Positions 12,663 through 22,590 of a stretch of DNA of 27,064 bases are shown one piece after another. Source of the DNA: a virus. Its lineage: Duplodnaviria > Caudoviricetes. How positions within the stretch are numbered: position 1 is the stretch's first letter; every line of letters begins with the position of its first letter. The stretch is taken from positions 1 through 27,064 of the IMG/VR virus record IMGVR_UViG_3300023210_000175. The stretch is one strand, 5' to 3'. The translations under genes were made by a program, and so were the position numbers. The notes below the pieces were generated by a model that did no database searches, was not told the DNA's origin, and was given only the letters and a program-made list of their open reading frames with translations.

Positions 12663-13736
12663 TTATCTTACTGATTTAAAACCATAACTTTTAGCTCTTA
12701 AACTTTGTTTTATAATATTTATTTCATTAGTGTAATACTGATAAAAGCTTTGTAGTGTTGTAAATCATATCATTAATTGTTGTTCACTATTTGGGATTCA
12801 TTTACCATATCATAACTTTCAACTTAATATATTTGCTACTACACTTAATCAATACATATCAGGAATAGGAAAAGTTGTTGCATCATCTGTAATATTTGTA
12901 TGTTTTTTAATATATTCTATTTCTACAACTTCTGTATCATCTAATCAAACTACTTTTATATAAGTATTAGTTCATTCTTTAAGTATTTGGTAATATTTAT
13001 CAAAACTTGTTGTATTATCCAATTCTAACTCTACTTTTGTATTATCTGTACTCTTTACTATAAATTCAACTTTAGTAGGCTTATCCATTGCTTCAGGCAT
13101 TAAATATAATGGTAAAACTCTATCTGCTGCTAAATGATTTATTGTTTGTCATGAAATTCACTCTATTTGTGTATCTGTTTTTGAAGTATATGTAATAATA
13201 TCTCAACCAATTAATACTACTCAAGCATCTAATAATCATACTGTAGACATTTCAGCTACTGTATCTCACATAGTTAATGCAGCTGTTAATATTGTAGATT
13301 CAATATATCTAAATCTTGTGAATCAATCTATAAAATTTAATGCTCCTGCTCTATATATTTTTTGTGTTAATGGATTTTGAACTCTACCTCTGTAAATATC
13401 AGAAACTAAACTATTCATTTCAGCATCTAAAATACTATTACTAAAAACAGTTGAACTTGAAGTTTGTCATAAATTTACCCATATTTGCTCTTTTACATCT
13501 CCCCATATTAAATCTGTTTGTGGATTAACTGGAGCTGTTGAATCTTCATAATCTACATATAAACTAACAGTTGGAGCATCTGTTAATGTGATTTGATTTC
13601 ATAAAACAGTGAAAGAAACATATATTGCACCATCCATAAAAATATCATCAATATAATCAGGTGTATTTAATAATGTGAAAACCTTATTTACTCAATCTAT
13701 AGTTCAAGTTGGTATTTCTTTGCTAATAAAACTCAT
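12663..13736 (-). CDS. Head-tail adaptor / connector protein (357 aa) with extra beta domains
   Basis: Frame MSFISKEIPTGTIDGVNKVFTL...YLMPEAMDKP...VEIEYIKKHTNITDDATTFPIPDMY...GFKSVR-TAA. Adaptor-like motifs and position directly before the nozzle. Confidence 0.62.
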
Positions 13737-13765
13737 ATTTTTATAATTAATAAGTATTTAATATT

Positions 13766-13793
13766 AGTATATACTTTTTAATAAAAAAAACAA
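13766..13793 (-). promoter_or_regulatory. sigma70-like promoter TTGTTT-N16-TATACT for the adaptor/nozzle/ejection operon
   Basis: -35 at 13788-13793 and -10 at 13766-13771. Confidence 0.55.
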
Positions 13794-13815
13794 ACATAAA
13801 ATTTATGCTTGTTTA
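13783..13815 (-). terminator. Intrinsic terminator
   Basis: AAACAAGCATAA/TTATGTTTGTTT stem (G-U pair on the minus strand) followed by a T run, spanning the stop codon of 13803-14069. Confidence 0.6.
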
Positions 13816-14069
13816 ATCTTTTCTCTTAATGTTTCAGCTTTTGACATTGGATGAGCTTTTTTTCAAAATACTTCTAAATGTTTTGCTCTTAATTCTTCTA
13901 ATTCTGATTCTTCATCTGATTCTGTAAAGTTATCAGGGTTAATTTCTTCTTTAATAGGTGTTTCAACAGGAGTTTGTGTTTTAAAACAAGTATTTCTGTA
14001 TTTATTAGCCTTTTCTATAGATTGCTTAGCAAGTGTAGTAAAAGTTTCGAAACTAAATTTATCATTCAT
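13803..14069 (-). CDS. Small head-module protein (88 aa) with a C-terminal HeH/LEM-like helical motif
   Basis: Track ORF extended through TGA: ...ELEELRAKHLEVFGKKAHPMSKAETLREKIKQA-TAA. This kind of motif is common in genes following the capsid gene. Confidence 0.65.
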
Positions 14070-14095
14070 AATAGTTTAATTATTTGTTAATATGT

Positions 14096-14818
14096 TTATT
14101 GTAATGTTTTTTGAGGATTAATCAAATATTCTTCTCTTAACTTTTTTAGAAAAAATATCTGACCACTTCAATTTATATAAGTTGTATTAGTTAATATATC
14201 TCATTTTACTGATTTTACAACTCTTTCTGATACAGAAAAATACTTTAAGCTATGTTGAAAAGGTTCGTTATTCTTCATTAAATAGCCATTTTTTCTAAAC
14301 CATTTATATAATTTATTCTGTCATATATTAATTCACTCATCTCATAATAATTTACAAAACTCTCTAACTAGTATTGATTCACTTGTTTGTGCAATAGTAT
14401 TTGCAAAACTTACTAAAGGTCTATCTTCTTCTATTTTTTCTTCTAATATTAGATTCTTTTCTTTTTCTTTTATTATTTCTGTTTCTAAAAACTTAATTGA
14501 TTCTAAAACTAAAGACATTCATGTTTTAGGTTTTTCTAATTCTAACCATCTATCAATAATTGATTCTCTTAATTTTGCATTATATCAACTCACTAAAGTT
14601 AGAGTTAGTTTTTTAGGAAGTTTATATCTCTTCATTTCTCCAGTTTGGCTTTGTTCTGCGAAGTAATATTTTACTTGGCTTTCTGCTCCCATTTCTAAAT
14701 CATTAAACATCTTTTCAATATCCTTTAAAACATTACTATGTTCTTTTCAAGTAAGTATAGATATTTCTAAACTTGTCATTGTTAAGTTTTCAGTTGCTCC
14801 AACTAGTAAATCTGTCAT
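14096..14818 (-). CDS. Phage antirepressor: Rha-like N-terminal domain plus ANT/KilAC C-terminal domain (240 aa)
   Basis: MTSLEISILTGKEHSNVLKDIEKM...YKLPKKLTLTLVSGYNAKLRESIIDRWLELE (Rha), then EEDRPLVSFANTIAQTSESILVREFCKLL...IGQNKLYKWFRKNGYL...TTYINGSGQIFF (KilAC). Confidence 0.88.
14098..14125 (-). promoter_or_regulatory. sigma70-like promoter TTGATT-N16-TACAAT
   Basis: -35 at 14120-14125 and -10 at 14098-14103, within the last codons of the antirepressor and upstream of ATG 14069. Confidence 0.6.
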
Positions 14819-14831
14819 AATTATCTTAATT

Positions 14832-14908
14832 AAAAAAACAATAACCGACCAGAGTTATTGTTTAAATATAAAGCATAAATACTTTTTCTGGTCGTTAAAA
14901 ATATTTAT
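14832..14908 (-). ncRNA. Candidate kissing-loop cis-regulatory 5' leader of the antirepressor gene
   Basis: Hairpin 1 (14875-14908, 12 bp, one G-U on the minus strand) has loop AACGACCAGA. Hairpin 2 (14836-14863, 10 bp, followed by Ts) has loop TCTGGTCG. The loops are complementary over 8 nt. Confidence 0.6.
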
Positions 14909-14914
14909 ACATGT

Positions 14915-14942
14915 ATTATAATAATTTAAATTTTAAAGTCAA
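14915..14942 (-). promoter_or_regulatory. Near-consensus promoter TTGACT-N16-TATAAT for the antirepressor
   Basis: -35 at 14937-14942 and -10 at 14915-14920. Confidence 0.75.
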
Positions 14943-14971
14943 AAAAAAGACTATGGGAAAATTATGGGAAC

Positions 14972-15002
14972 AAAAAAAAGACTAGAAATTAATCTAATCT
15001 TT
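14972..15002 (-). terminator. Intrinsic terminator after the major capsid gene
   Basis: AGATTAGA-TTAATT-TCTAGTCT stem followed by a T8 run, just after TAA TAG. Confidence 0.75.
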
Positions 15003-15017
15003 AATTTTGAATAACTA

Positions 15018-16103
15018 TTAGGCTATTCATGTACCACCTGTAACACAAAATTCAGCATCATAGGCACCCACTCAGATTATAGCTCTTATAGAAGTGCTCA
15101 TAACATCAGTTTCATCATTCTCAAAAGTTTTTACTCTCGCAGAATAAAGTGAAGCTGATCTAAATGCCTTCATATCTCTTACAGCTTTAGGATTAGTTAC
15201 AAAGAACATAGAATCAGTACCAATAGTATTTCCATCAGTATCTGTATCTCCTAGTAAATCTAATACTACAACTTCAACAAGATTGTTTTTGAAAGAAAAA
15301 GTATTCTTTTTAGCAGAGTTATTACCTGTTCCAGCTTTATCTGAACCTTCGTTGATAACTTCTAACCAAAATGTTTCTTTAACTCTTGAACAGTATAATT
15401 TATAAGCTTCGCCTTTAGGTTGTCTTATTTTTTTACCATTATCAAATTTCATTGTTTTTAATGCGTCTAATGCAACTTGTAATTGAGCTTGTCCAGTAGC
15501 AACATCAGTATAAGCAGCACCTGATACAACATTTGTAAATGTAGAACCATCTTTTAGTTCATGAGAAGCATTAAATAATGATAATCAATCTCTAGCAGAA
15601 GCAGCACCAGGACCTTCAGCAGCAGTAACAGAAAAACCTAAAGTTAAGTTTTTAACCATTTCTTCAGCAAAAGTTATATCATAACCTTGTACTAAATCTC
15701 TAGCTTGGTCAGATATTTGAACTAATTCAGCTTGTACTCCTTCAGGAGCGCCTTTTAAGTTTTGTGCTTTTTTAGCCCATTGAGTCATTAAGTAAGACAT
15801 ATCAAATTTTTCTCAGATTTCTCTTTGAGACAAACCTTTTTTAGGTCCAAAGTTAAATTCTCTATTTGTTTTGATTCCTGTTTCAGTAATTCCTTTAAGA
15901 CCACCATTTGGAGTTCTTGAACTAAATTTTTGATCAGGATTTAATAAAGTTGTATCAGTATAATCTAATAAAGCTTTATATTGTTTATGGTCTTCTAACA
16001 ATTCATTTTGTTTAATTGTTTCTGATACATAAGCATCTAGGATTTCTCCTCATTTACCCTCATATAGGATACCATTGTCTAATGTGATTAAATCTACAGC
16101 CAT
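15018..16103 (-). CDS. Major capsid protein (361 aa, HK97 fold inferred)
   Basis: Three track ORFs (15072-15452, 15585-15800, 15813-16001) join in one frame across TGA. Contains ARDGLSLFNASH and ALDALKTMKFDNGKKIRQP, resembling Mu gpT-like capsid motifs. Follows scaffold and decoration genes and is followed by a strong terminator. Confidence 0.85.
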
Positions 16104-16138
16104 TTTTCTATAATTAATTATTAAAGTATTTTATGCAA

Positions 16139-16552
16139 TTAAGCATTAACTATTTTAAATACACTTGAAGTAGCAGATACAAATTCAATTAATTGTAATT
16201 GACCAGTAGTTGCACTTTCAGTTGTTCCATCTACAGTTGAAGCAGTTGCTAAATCATAGAAATTACCTTCATCAGCAGCAGTAATTGTACCACCAGTAAT
16301 AGTAACAGTATATAATCTATTTGATTCAGCAGGAGTGAAATTAACAGGAGCTAAAGCAACTGTTTCATTGTCAGCAGCATAAGTAGCAATAGTGTCATTT
16401 ACTCATGAGATTATTCCTCCAACAGCTGATAAACTAACTACACCAGCAGCTAATGTAACAAAATTGTACTCAATTAAAGCCATACTATTATCTCCAACAC
16501 CACTTCTTTGTTTACCTTCATAGGTATTATTTTCATATAATTTTATAGACAT
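16139..16552 (-). CDS. Head decoration / capsid cement protein (137 aa)
   Basis: MSIKLYENNTYEGKQRSG...FKIVNA-TAA. A/T/G/V-rich small beta protein between scaffold and capsid genes. Confidence 0.65.
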
Positions 16553-16570
16553 TTTTGATTCTATTAAATA

Positions 16571-17314
16571 TTAAAGTTTGTGTAACTTCATAAAGTCAGA
16601 AATATCTTTCTTTAATGAAGCGTTTTTTGTTTCTTTATTTGAATTACCTCATTTACCTTCACTTTTAGTCATAGCTTTTCAAACAATTTCTCATTTCTGA
16701 AGTTTCTTTAATTGTTCTTCATTTCATGATATATCTCTATATGCTGCTTCTAAATGTTTTGATATAGTATCAGGGTTAAAGCTTTTTAGTCCTTGTCTAT
16801 CAGTAAATTCAGCTTCAAATTTTTCTAATTCTTCTCATTTAATATCTAAATCTTTAATAAACTTAGATTTTGTATTAGTGATTAAATCAGAACTAACTTT
16901 TTTTGCTAGTTTTTTTTCAACTAGAGCATCTATTACTTTTGGATCACTATAATCAACCTTATATTCAATACTTTCTTTAAAAGCATTTATATCTTGTCAA
17001 TCATAATATGTATCTAAAATAATTTGTGCTGCTTCTTCATTTTCAGAATATAGTTCAACTAATTCTTCAGGATTTTCAGATATATTACTTAAATTACTCA
17101 TAGCTAATTTATAAGCCTTTTGTCATTTAACTAACTTTTGTACTCATTTTTCAGAATTACTCTGCATATCCTTTTTAATAGCTTCTACCTCCTCTAATGT
17201 GAAAGTCTTTGTTTCAGTAGTTTCAACTTTAGCATCTGCTTTAGTTTCTTCTTCTGATTTTTCTTGGTTTAGATTTTTATCATCCTCCAATTCTTCAATT
17301 TTCTTATCCTCCAT
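16571..17314 (-). CDS. Capsid scaffolding protein (247 aa)
   Basis: MEDKKIEELEDDKNLNQEKSEEETK...DISDFMKLHKL-TAA. Acidic, E/K-rich and helical, immediately upstream of the head genes. Confidence 0.72.
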
Positions 17315-17336
17315 GTAAATATGGTTTAGATTATAA

Positions 17337-17411
17337 AATATAAAAATTTAGCTGTAGCCTTTTTTATATTAAGACATAGTCTTACTTGAACCAACCATCT
17401 CTGATTGATTC
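17337..17411 (-). promoter_or_regulatory. Three-hairpin structured leader of the scaffold gene
   Basis: GAATCAATCA-GAGA-TGGTTGGTTC (GNRA loop, G-U pairs only on the minus strand), TAAGAC-TAT-GTCTTA, and AATATAAAAA...TTTTTATATT. Confidence 0.5.
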
Positions 17412-17418
17412 TAAAAAA

Positions 17419-17916
17419 CTATTTCTTACCTCATACTATTCATTTTTGCTCTCATGTAAACTTATTTGTGAATTTATCTTTAGTTACATACTTACTTATC
17501 ATAGTAATTAACATATTATTTCTTGTTAATGCACCTGATAAATATTGTATAACATCATTAGCATTATCTTTATTTAATGTCTTAGCTATGTTCTTTGTAA
17601 ACTCATAACTATCTAACTCTAAATACTTAACAATCACTCATAGAGTAAATTTATCAGCTAATTTTAATGCACTTTCAAGTTCTTTAATATTTCTTGTTGG
17701 TTGATTCAAATTAATCTCTTTTGATTTTTCTAGTTTATCTTTAACTATATTATAACTGTGGTCAAGCTCATCACATTCTCTCTTGGATTCATTCAGTTGG
17801 ATTTCAAGCGACTGGTGGTAAATCTCAAGGGTTTCATTCCTCTGTTTGTATTTCTTTGTTTCCTCCCATAGCTCATCATAAAGCTTTCATTTCTTGATTA
17901 GGTCAAGGATTTTCAT
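17419..17916 (-). CDS. Hypothetical coiled-coil protein (165 aa) overlapping the portal 3' end
   Basis: MKILDLIKKGKLYDELWEETKKYK...GIVGGKK-TAG, containing track ORF 17452-17637. The start is uncertain because it lies inside the portal gene. Confidence 0.65.
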
Positions 17917-19741
17917 TTGTTGGTGTGTTAATTTTTAAAGCTTCTTGTAAAACTTTTAGTTTCTCCATATTTCTTCTAGCTATCTCATCTTTTTCTGTAT
18001 TTGCTTTTAATCAGTTTATATCATATCCATAAGTATCACTCATCCATCAGATTAATTCATCAAATCTAACAAATTCACTTAACTTCTTCATCATTTCTCA
18101 TGTTTGGTCTAAAGATGCAACATTTCACATTGTCATGATATTGTTAATAAATTCAGTTATTTTAGCTCTTTCTATAATATCTAAACTAACATTTGTTGAA
18201 CTTGTAACAATTTTAACTCCTATTCATTGAATAACATCAGGTTTTAATTCAAAATATCAGTATTTACCTATTGCTTCTACTACTATTTTCTTACCTCATT
18301 CTTTTTTAATCTCGTATCAATCCATTTTTATCAAAGGGAAAGTAGCTTTTAATAACTTTCAATCCTTTCAATAAATCTTTTCTGATAATAATGCAGGTGC
18401 AAATTGTTTTATTCTAGCCAACATCATTGTTAATGCAGAATCTAATCAAATATTGTAGTTTTCATCTACTGAACTTTGTCTAACTATTTTATTTGCTTCC
18501 ATTATCTCTACAATACCTACCTTATCACTTTGTGCTTGGAAAGGAGCTCTTAGATTATCTCATGTGTCTTGAACTACTAAATCATCAATTAAATTTAATA
18601 CAGTTGTAAAATATCATAAATTAGGACTTGTATTAACTTGTTGTACATTTTCAGCACCTCATGTTGTTCTCCATAAATTAACTTTTCTACCTCATACATC
18701 CCAATCTTGACCTATTTCATCATCTCCTCATACTAATAGATTAATTCAACTACTCATTGCTGATCCAGTTAGTATATCTTGTAATACTTCTGATTTATAA
18801 GCTTTCAGGTATCAAACTCTTCTTGGTACTCAATTACCCCGAATACAAGCATTGTTTGTATAATGTTGAACCATTTCTACTGGTAATTTACCATCATTAT
18901 ATAAATAGATTCAGTTTAATATTACAGTTTCTTCATTTGCTACAACTAAATACTTTTTAGTTATTCTATGATAATAATGCATAACAACTACATATCTTTC
19001 ATCTTGTGGTGTATCATTTAAGTTTTTAGGCTCTGTGTCAGTTCACTCAGTAACCATTGAAGTATTATATTGCTTAGCTCAATATCTAGTTTCAAACTCC
19101 ATCCATGATAATCTTTCTTTAATTATACAATCATCAGCTTTTTGTACATCATTTTCTCCATAAACTCAATCATCTATATAAAAATCTTTAGGATGAATAT
19201 TTTGTGGGAAAAAGAAATAAGTTTCATTCTCTGATTTATTAAAGTTTTTAGGGTTTTGTAAATCTGCTTCATCATTTATTACAGCATCTTCTTTAATTTC
19301 GTATCTATAATCTTTATAAGCTCTATGTCATGTAAACCGAACACCAGTTCAATATACAGCTTTGTTTTGTCTAAATTGTTTATTCTCTTTCCAAAAATTA
19401 TCTTTACCATTTCAATCTAAAAAGAAAGACATTGCAAACTTAGTTGGTTGTAATGCTTCTACATCAGCTTGACCATCTGGTTCAATAGCAAAATCTACTT
19501 TTCCATTAGTTCTACCCATATAAATCTCTATTAGATTCTCTTCTAAGGGTACATTAACATTAAGTTCTCATTGGTTATCATAATAACTTATTGCAGTAGT
19601 TTGTTTCTCATATTTATCAAACTCTTTAGTGATTGTACTTTTCTTACTTCTCATGAAGTTTAATCTATCTTGAAAATAGTCTAACCATTTAGCTTCAGAC
19701 CAATCTTTACTATTTACTATATCATTAGTAGGTGTTTGCAT
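17750..19741 (-). CDS. Portal protein (663 aa)
   Basis: MQTPTNDIVNSKDWSEAKWLDYFQDRLNFM... with QNKAVYGTGVRF and NIHPKDFYIDDG...ADDCIIKERLS motifs typical of P22-like portals. Directly follows terL and has a low-complexity G/P/E/Q tail. Confidence 0.85.
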
Positions 19742-19769
19742 ATATTTTTAATTACAAAGTATATAATTA

Positions 19770-19797
19770 AATATAATCCTTTTTAATCTTTAATCAA
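19770..19797 (-). promoter_or_regulatory. sigma70-like promoter TTGATT-N16-TATATT for the portal/head operon
   Basis: -35 at 19792-19797 and -10 at 19770-19775, in the terL-portal gap. Confidence 0.6.
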
Positions 19798-19798
19798 A

Positions 19799-21343
19799 TT
19801 ATATTGTAATTCTTTGATTCTCTCAGGTCATTTTGTTAGTAAATGTTCTTTTTTGAGGTTTTCTAATTATTAAAGATTTATAATCTACTGCTAAGTATCT
19901 AAATGAATCAGCCCCATTTGAATTTATATCATGTTTTGGCTTATTTCTAAACATTCAATTCTTTTCATCAAATTCTCTTCTATATCATGCTAATCTACTT
20001 AATCCAGTATAACATTTAGTTTCATCAAAATAACAATTAATAAATATTTCTCTTACTGCATTAATTCAATCCGATATTAATCCTTTTTTTACTACATTAA
20101 TCTTACCATTTAATTCTTTTTTAGCAATAGATAATCTTGTTTTTCATGTTGTATATTCTGTTACTTCTACATCAAAAGGGAAATTGTGTGTATCATAGTT
20201 ATTATATCTAGGATTTACAATAGTTTGTGCTATTTCTGTTAATCAATAACCACTTCATTCCCAGTAATCTATAATTCTAATTTCTTTAGCATATTTCTGA
20301 TAAAACCAAATAGCTGTTTCATCTCATCATCAAGCACCTCATAAATCCCAACTTGTATAAACTGCTAATTTTGGATCATAAAATACTTTTCAGACTCTTC
20401 ATTGTGTTCTAGCTAGTGATAATTCTTTTTCATAATAAGCACCTTTTATAGCTAAATCAAAAGCTTCTTTAGGATAACTTGGATATTCTCTTTGCATATC
20501 ATCCTTTTGTTCTTCTAATTTCTTTTGATACCATCTCTTTTGTCAATCTGTAAATGATAAGTTTGGATATTTCCTATTAATCCAGCTATCATCTAATATT
20601 TTCTGAAAGTATACATGAATATCATTTCTAATAATATCTTCTGAATCTAGTGTATATGTTTTATCTAGCCACCAAGCATAAAAATGAAATTTATAATCCA
20701 TGTTTGTTAATTCTTTTTCTTGTTCTTCTAATTCCATTGCCCTCATTGTCATATCAAAGAAATTTCAACTATTTCATTCTGCTGTACTTTCAATATCTGC
20801 CCTACTATTAGGAGCAATAGTGTTTAATGCACCTGTTTGTATTTCTCTTGCTTTTTCAGGATATTTGTTACAAATTTTACCATACTCTGAAATATGAATA
20901 TGTTGTAGTGTTCATCATCTAAATGAAGTATCAACTGAAACAGAGCAAGTGTTATTCTCAAACATTAACTCTCATTTCCTATCTGTTTTAAGTTTGTAGT
21001 TACTTTTTAGCCATTCAGGTACATTATCATAAACAAACTTTATCTTGTCCTTAAAAATCATTATACTTGAATCTTTATTATCTGCAATTATACCTCCAGT
21101 GTAATAAGAGCTAAATAATACATCATCCAGCATATCTATATCTATAAGCGTACTGAATCATAATTGCCTTGCTTTAAGAATTATATTTTTTGTATGCCTA
21201 TTCTCATAATAATGAGCTTGTGCCTCATTTGGAATAAATGACACCTTTTCTCAATTTTTATTCTTGATAAAATATAGTTTTCATGAGAATATTCTCCATT
21301 GTTTATCTGATAATTTTTTTAATAATTGTTCTCTTTCTGTCAT
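19799..21343 (-). CDS. terL: Terminase large subunit (514 aa)
   Basis: Walker A ILKARQLGFST; DTSFRGGTLQHIHISEYGKI; IESTAEGNSGNFF; QREYPSYPKEAF; nuclease motifs YTSWDLG, HNFPFD and PKHDINSNGADSFRYLA. Confidence 0.95.
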
Positions 21344-21720
21344 TAGTATATTTTATTATTAATAGTATCAAACTTATCAAATAATTCTTTATCTATTTGT
21401 TTAGTTTGATGTGCATAATATGGATTAAGATAATATTTACTCACACTATCACTAACTAATTTGAACTTTCAAACTATTCAATTCTTTATAAATAAAGGTC
21501 TTAATTTTTTTACAGTTCATTCAGGTAATTCTAATATATCAAAATTAACCTCATTATCTTTTCTCATAGTATGAATTAATTTTATTACATAATACATTTT
21601 AGCTGTTCATATCTTTTCCGCTAAACTATCTATATTATATTCTATATTCATTTTTACAAACTTATATTTTAAATGTAAATATTCTTTACTTTTTTTGGTT
21701 TTTAAATAATATGTCATCAT
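21343..21720 (-). CDS. Hypothetical protein (125 aa), possibly RepL-like winged helix
   Basis: MMTYYLKTKKSKEYLHLKYKFVKM...TVKKLRPLFIKNGIVGKF...SKYYLNPYYAH. The stop overlaps the terL start (TAATG). Confidence 0.6.
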
Positions 21721-21747
21721 TAAGGATTTAGTATTGTAGTTATTACT

Positions 21748-21775
21748 AATATAATCCTTGTGTCAGTAAAAGCAA
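21748..21775 (-). promoter_or_regulatory. sigma70-like promoter TTGCTT-N16-TATATT
   Basis: -35 at 21770-21775 and -10 at 21748-21753. Confidence 0.6.
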
Positions 21776-21829
21776 ATAAAAGTTCCGAATAATATACTTT
21801 TTAGTATACTATATATGGAACTTTTATTT
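21774..21829 (-). terminator. Long hairpin / terminator between terS and the RepL-like gene
   Basis: 13-bp arms aaataaaagttcc (21774-21786) and ggaacttttattt (21817-21829) enclose an inner ATAGTATACT/AGTATATTAT stem. Confidence 0.55.
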
Positions 21830-21886
21830 TTTTATTGGCTTTATACTTAACTTGAAAGTTAATCCCTCTTATATCTTATATTAGAT

Positions 21887-22294
21887 TTATAACTTGTTAT
21901 CCTTCATTCATTGTATTTCTTGTAGTACATCTCAAAGTATATTATGATTTTCTGTAGATTCTCACTCCATTAATCTGTTTTGTTTAAAAGCTGATTCTCT
22001 TAATGCTGTTAATTGAGCAATAGTAATTTTTTCGTCTTTATTACAAATTAATTCTGAAATCATTATATCAGCCATTGATTGTAAATCATTGTTTCTATCT
22101 ATCAAATTCGCCACTAAAACACTCTTTTCGCCAATTTTCGCCAAGTTTTCCTTTATAATTCTACTTACTGTTCTTTCTGACATTCATAATTTTATTGCAA
22201 TATCTGAAGCACTAGAATTATTATTTATTTTTTCTTCTATTACTTTTGCTTCTTTTTCATAGGAAGTTTTTTTTCATCTTTTACTTTCAATCAT
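21887..22294 (-). CDS. terS: Terminase small subunit (135 aa), N-terminal HTH
   Basis: MIESKRGKKTSYEKEAKVI...ASDIAIKLGMSERTVSRII (HTH)...QNRLMEGESTENHN. Lies shortly upstream of terL. Confidence 0.68.
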
Positions 22295-22295
22295 C

Positions 22296-22424
22296 CTAAT
22301 AATTTAAAAAGTAAAATATAATTGCTGCTATTACTACTGCTAATAGTAAAGGGTGTATCATAAACAGAATAACTGCTGATCATATAATCACAGTTGCTGC
22401 TAGTATTAAGTTTATTATAAACAT
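22296..22424 (-). CDS. Small hydrophobic membrane peptide (42 aa)
   Basis: MFIINLILAATVIIGSAVILFMIHPLLLAVIAAIIFYFLNY-TAG, abutting the terS start. Confidence 0.55.
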
Positions 22425-22451
22425 ATTATATATAGTTATTAAATTAAATCA

Positions 22452-22590
22452 AGTTATAAGTTCAACTATCATATAGTAGCTAAACCTATAACTAAATAGG
22501 CTCTTAAATAATAAGTTACTGAAAATAACAATTATTAATAAGATATACTTTTTTTACTTGCGAAGGTAAGAGTAATCTAAAACCTATTTA
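22452..22590 (-). ncRNA. Structured non-coding segment downstream of the HNH gene
   Basis: 17-bp stem 22452-22468/22477-22493 with three G-U pairs on the minus strand, plus an AAATAGG.../...CCTATTT closing stem and an inner GTTATT/AGTAAC hairpin. Confidence 0.45.
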
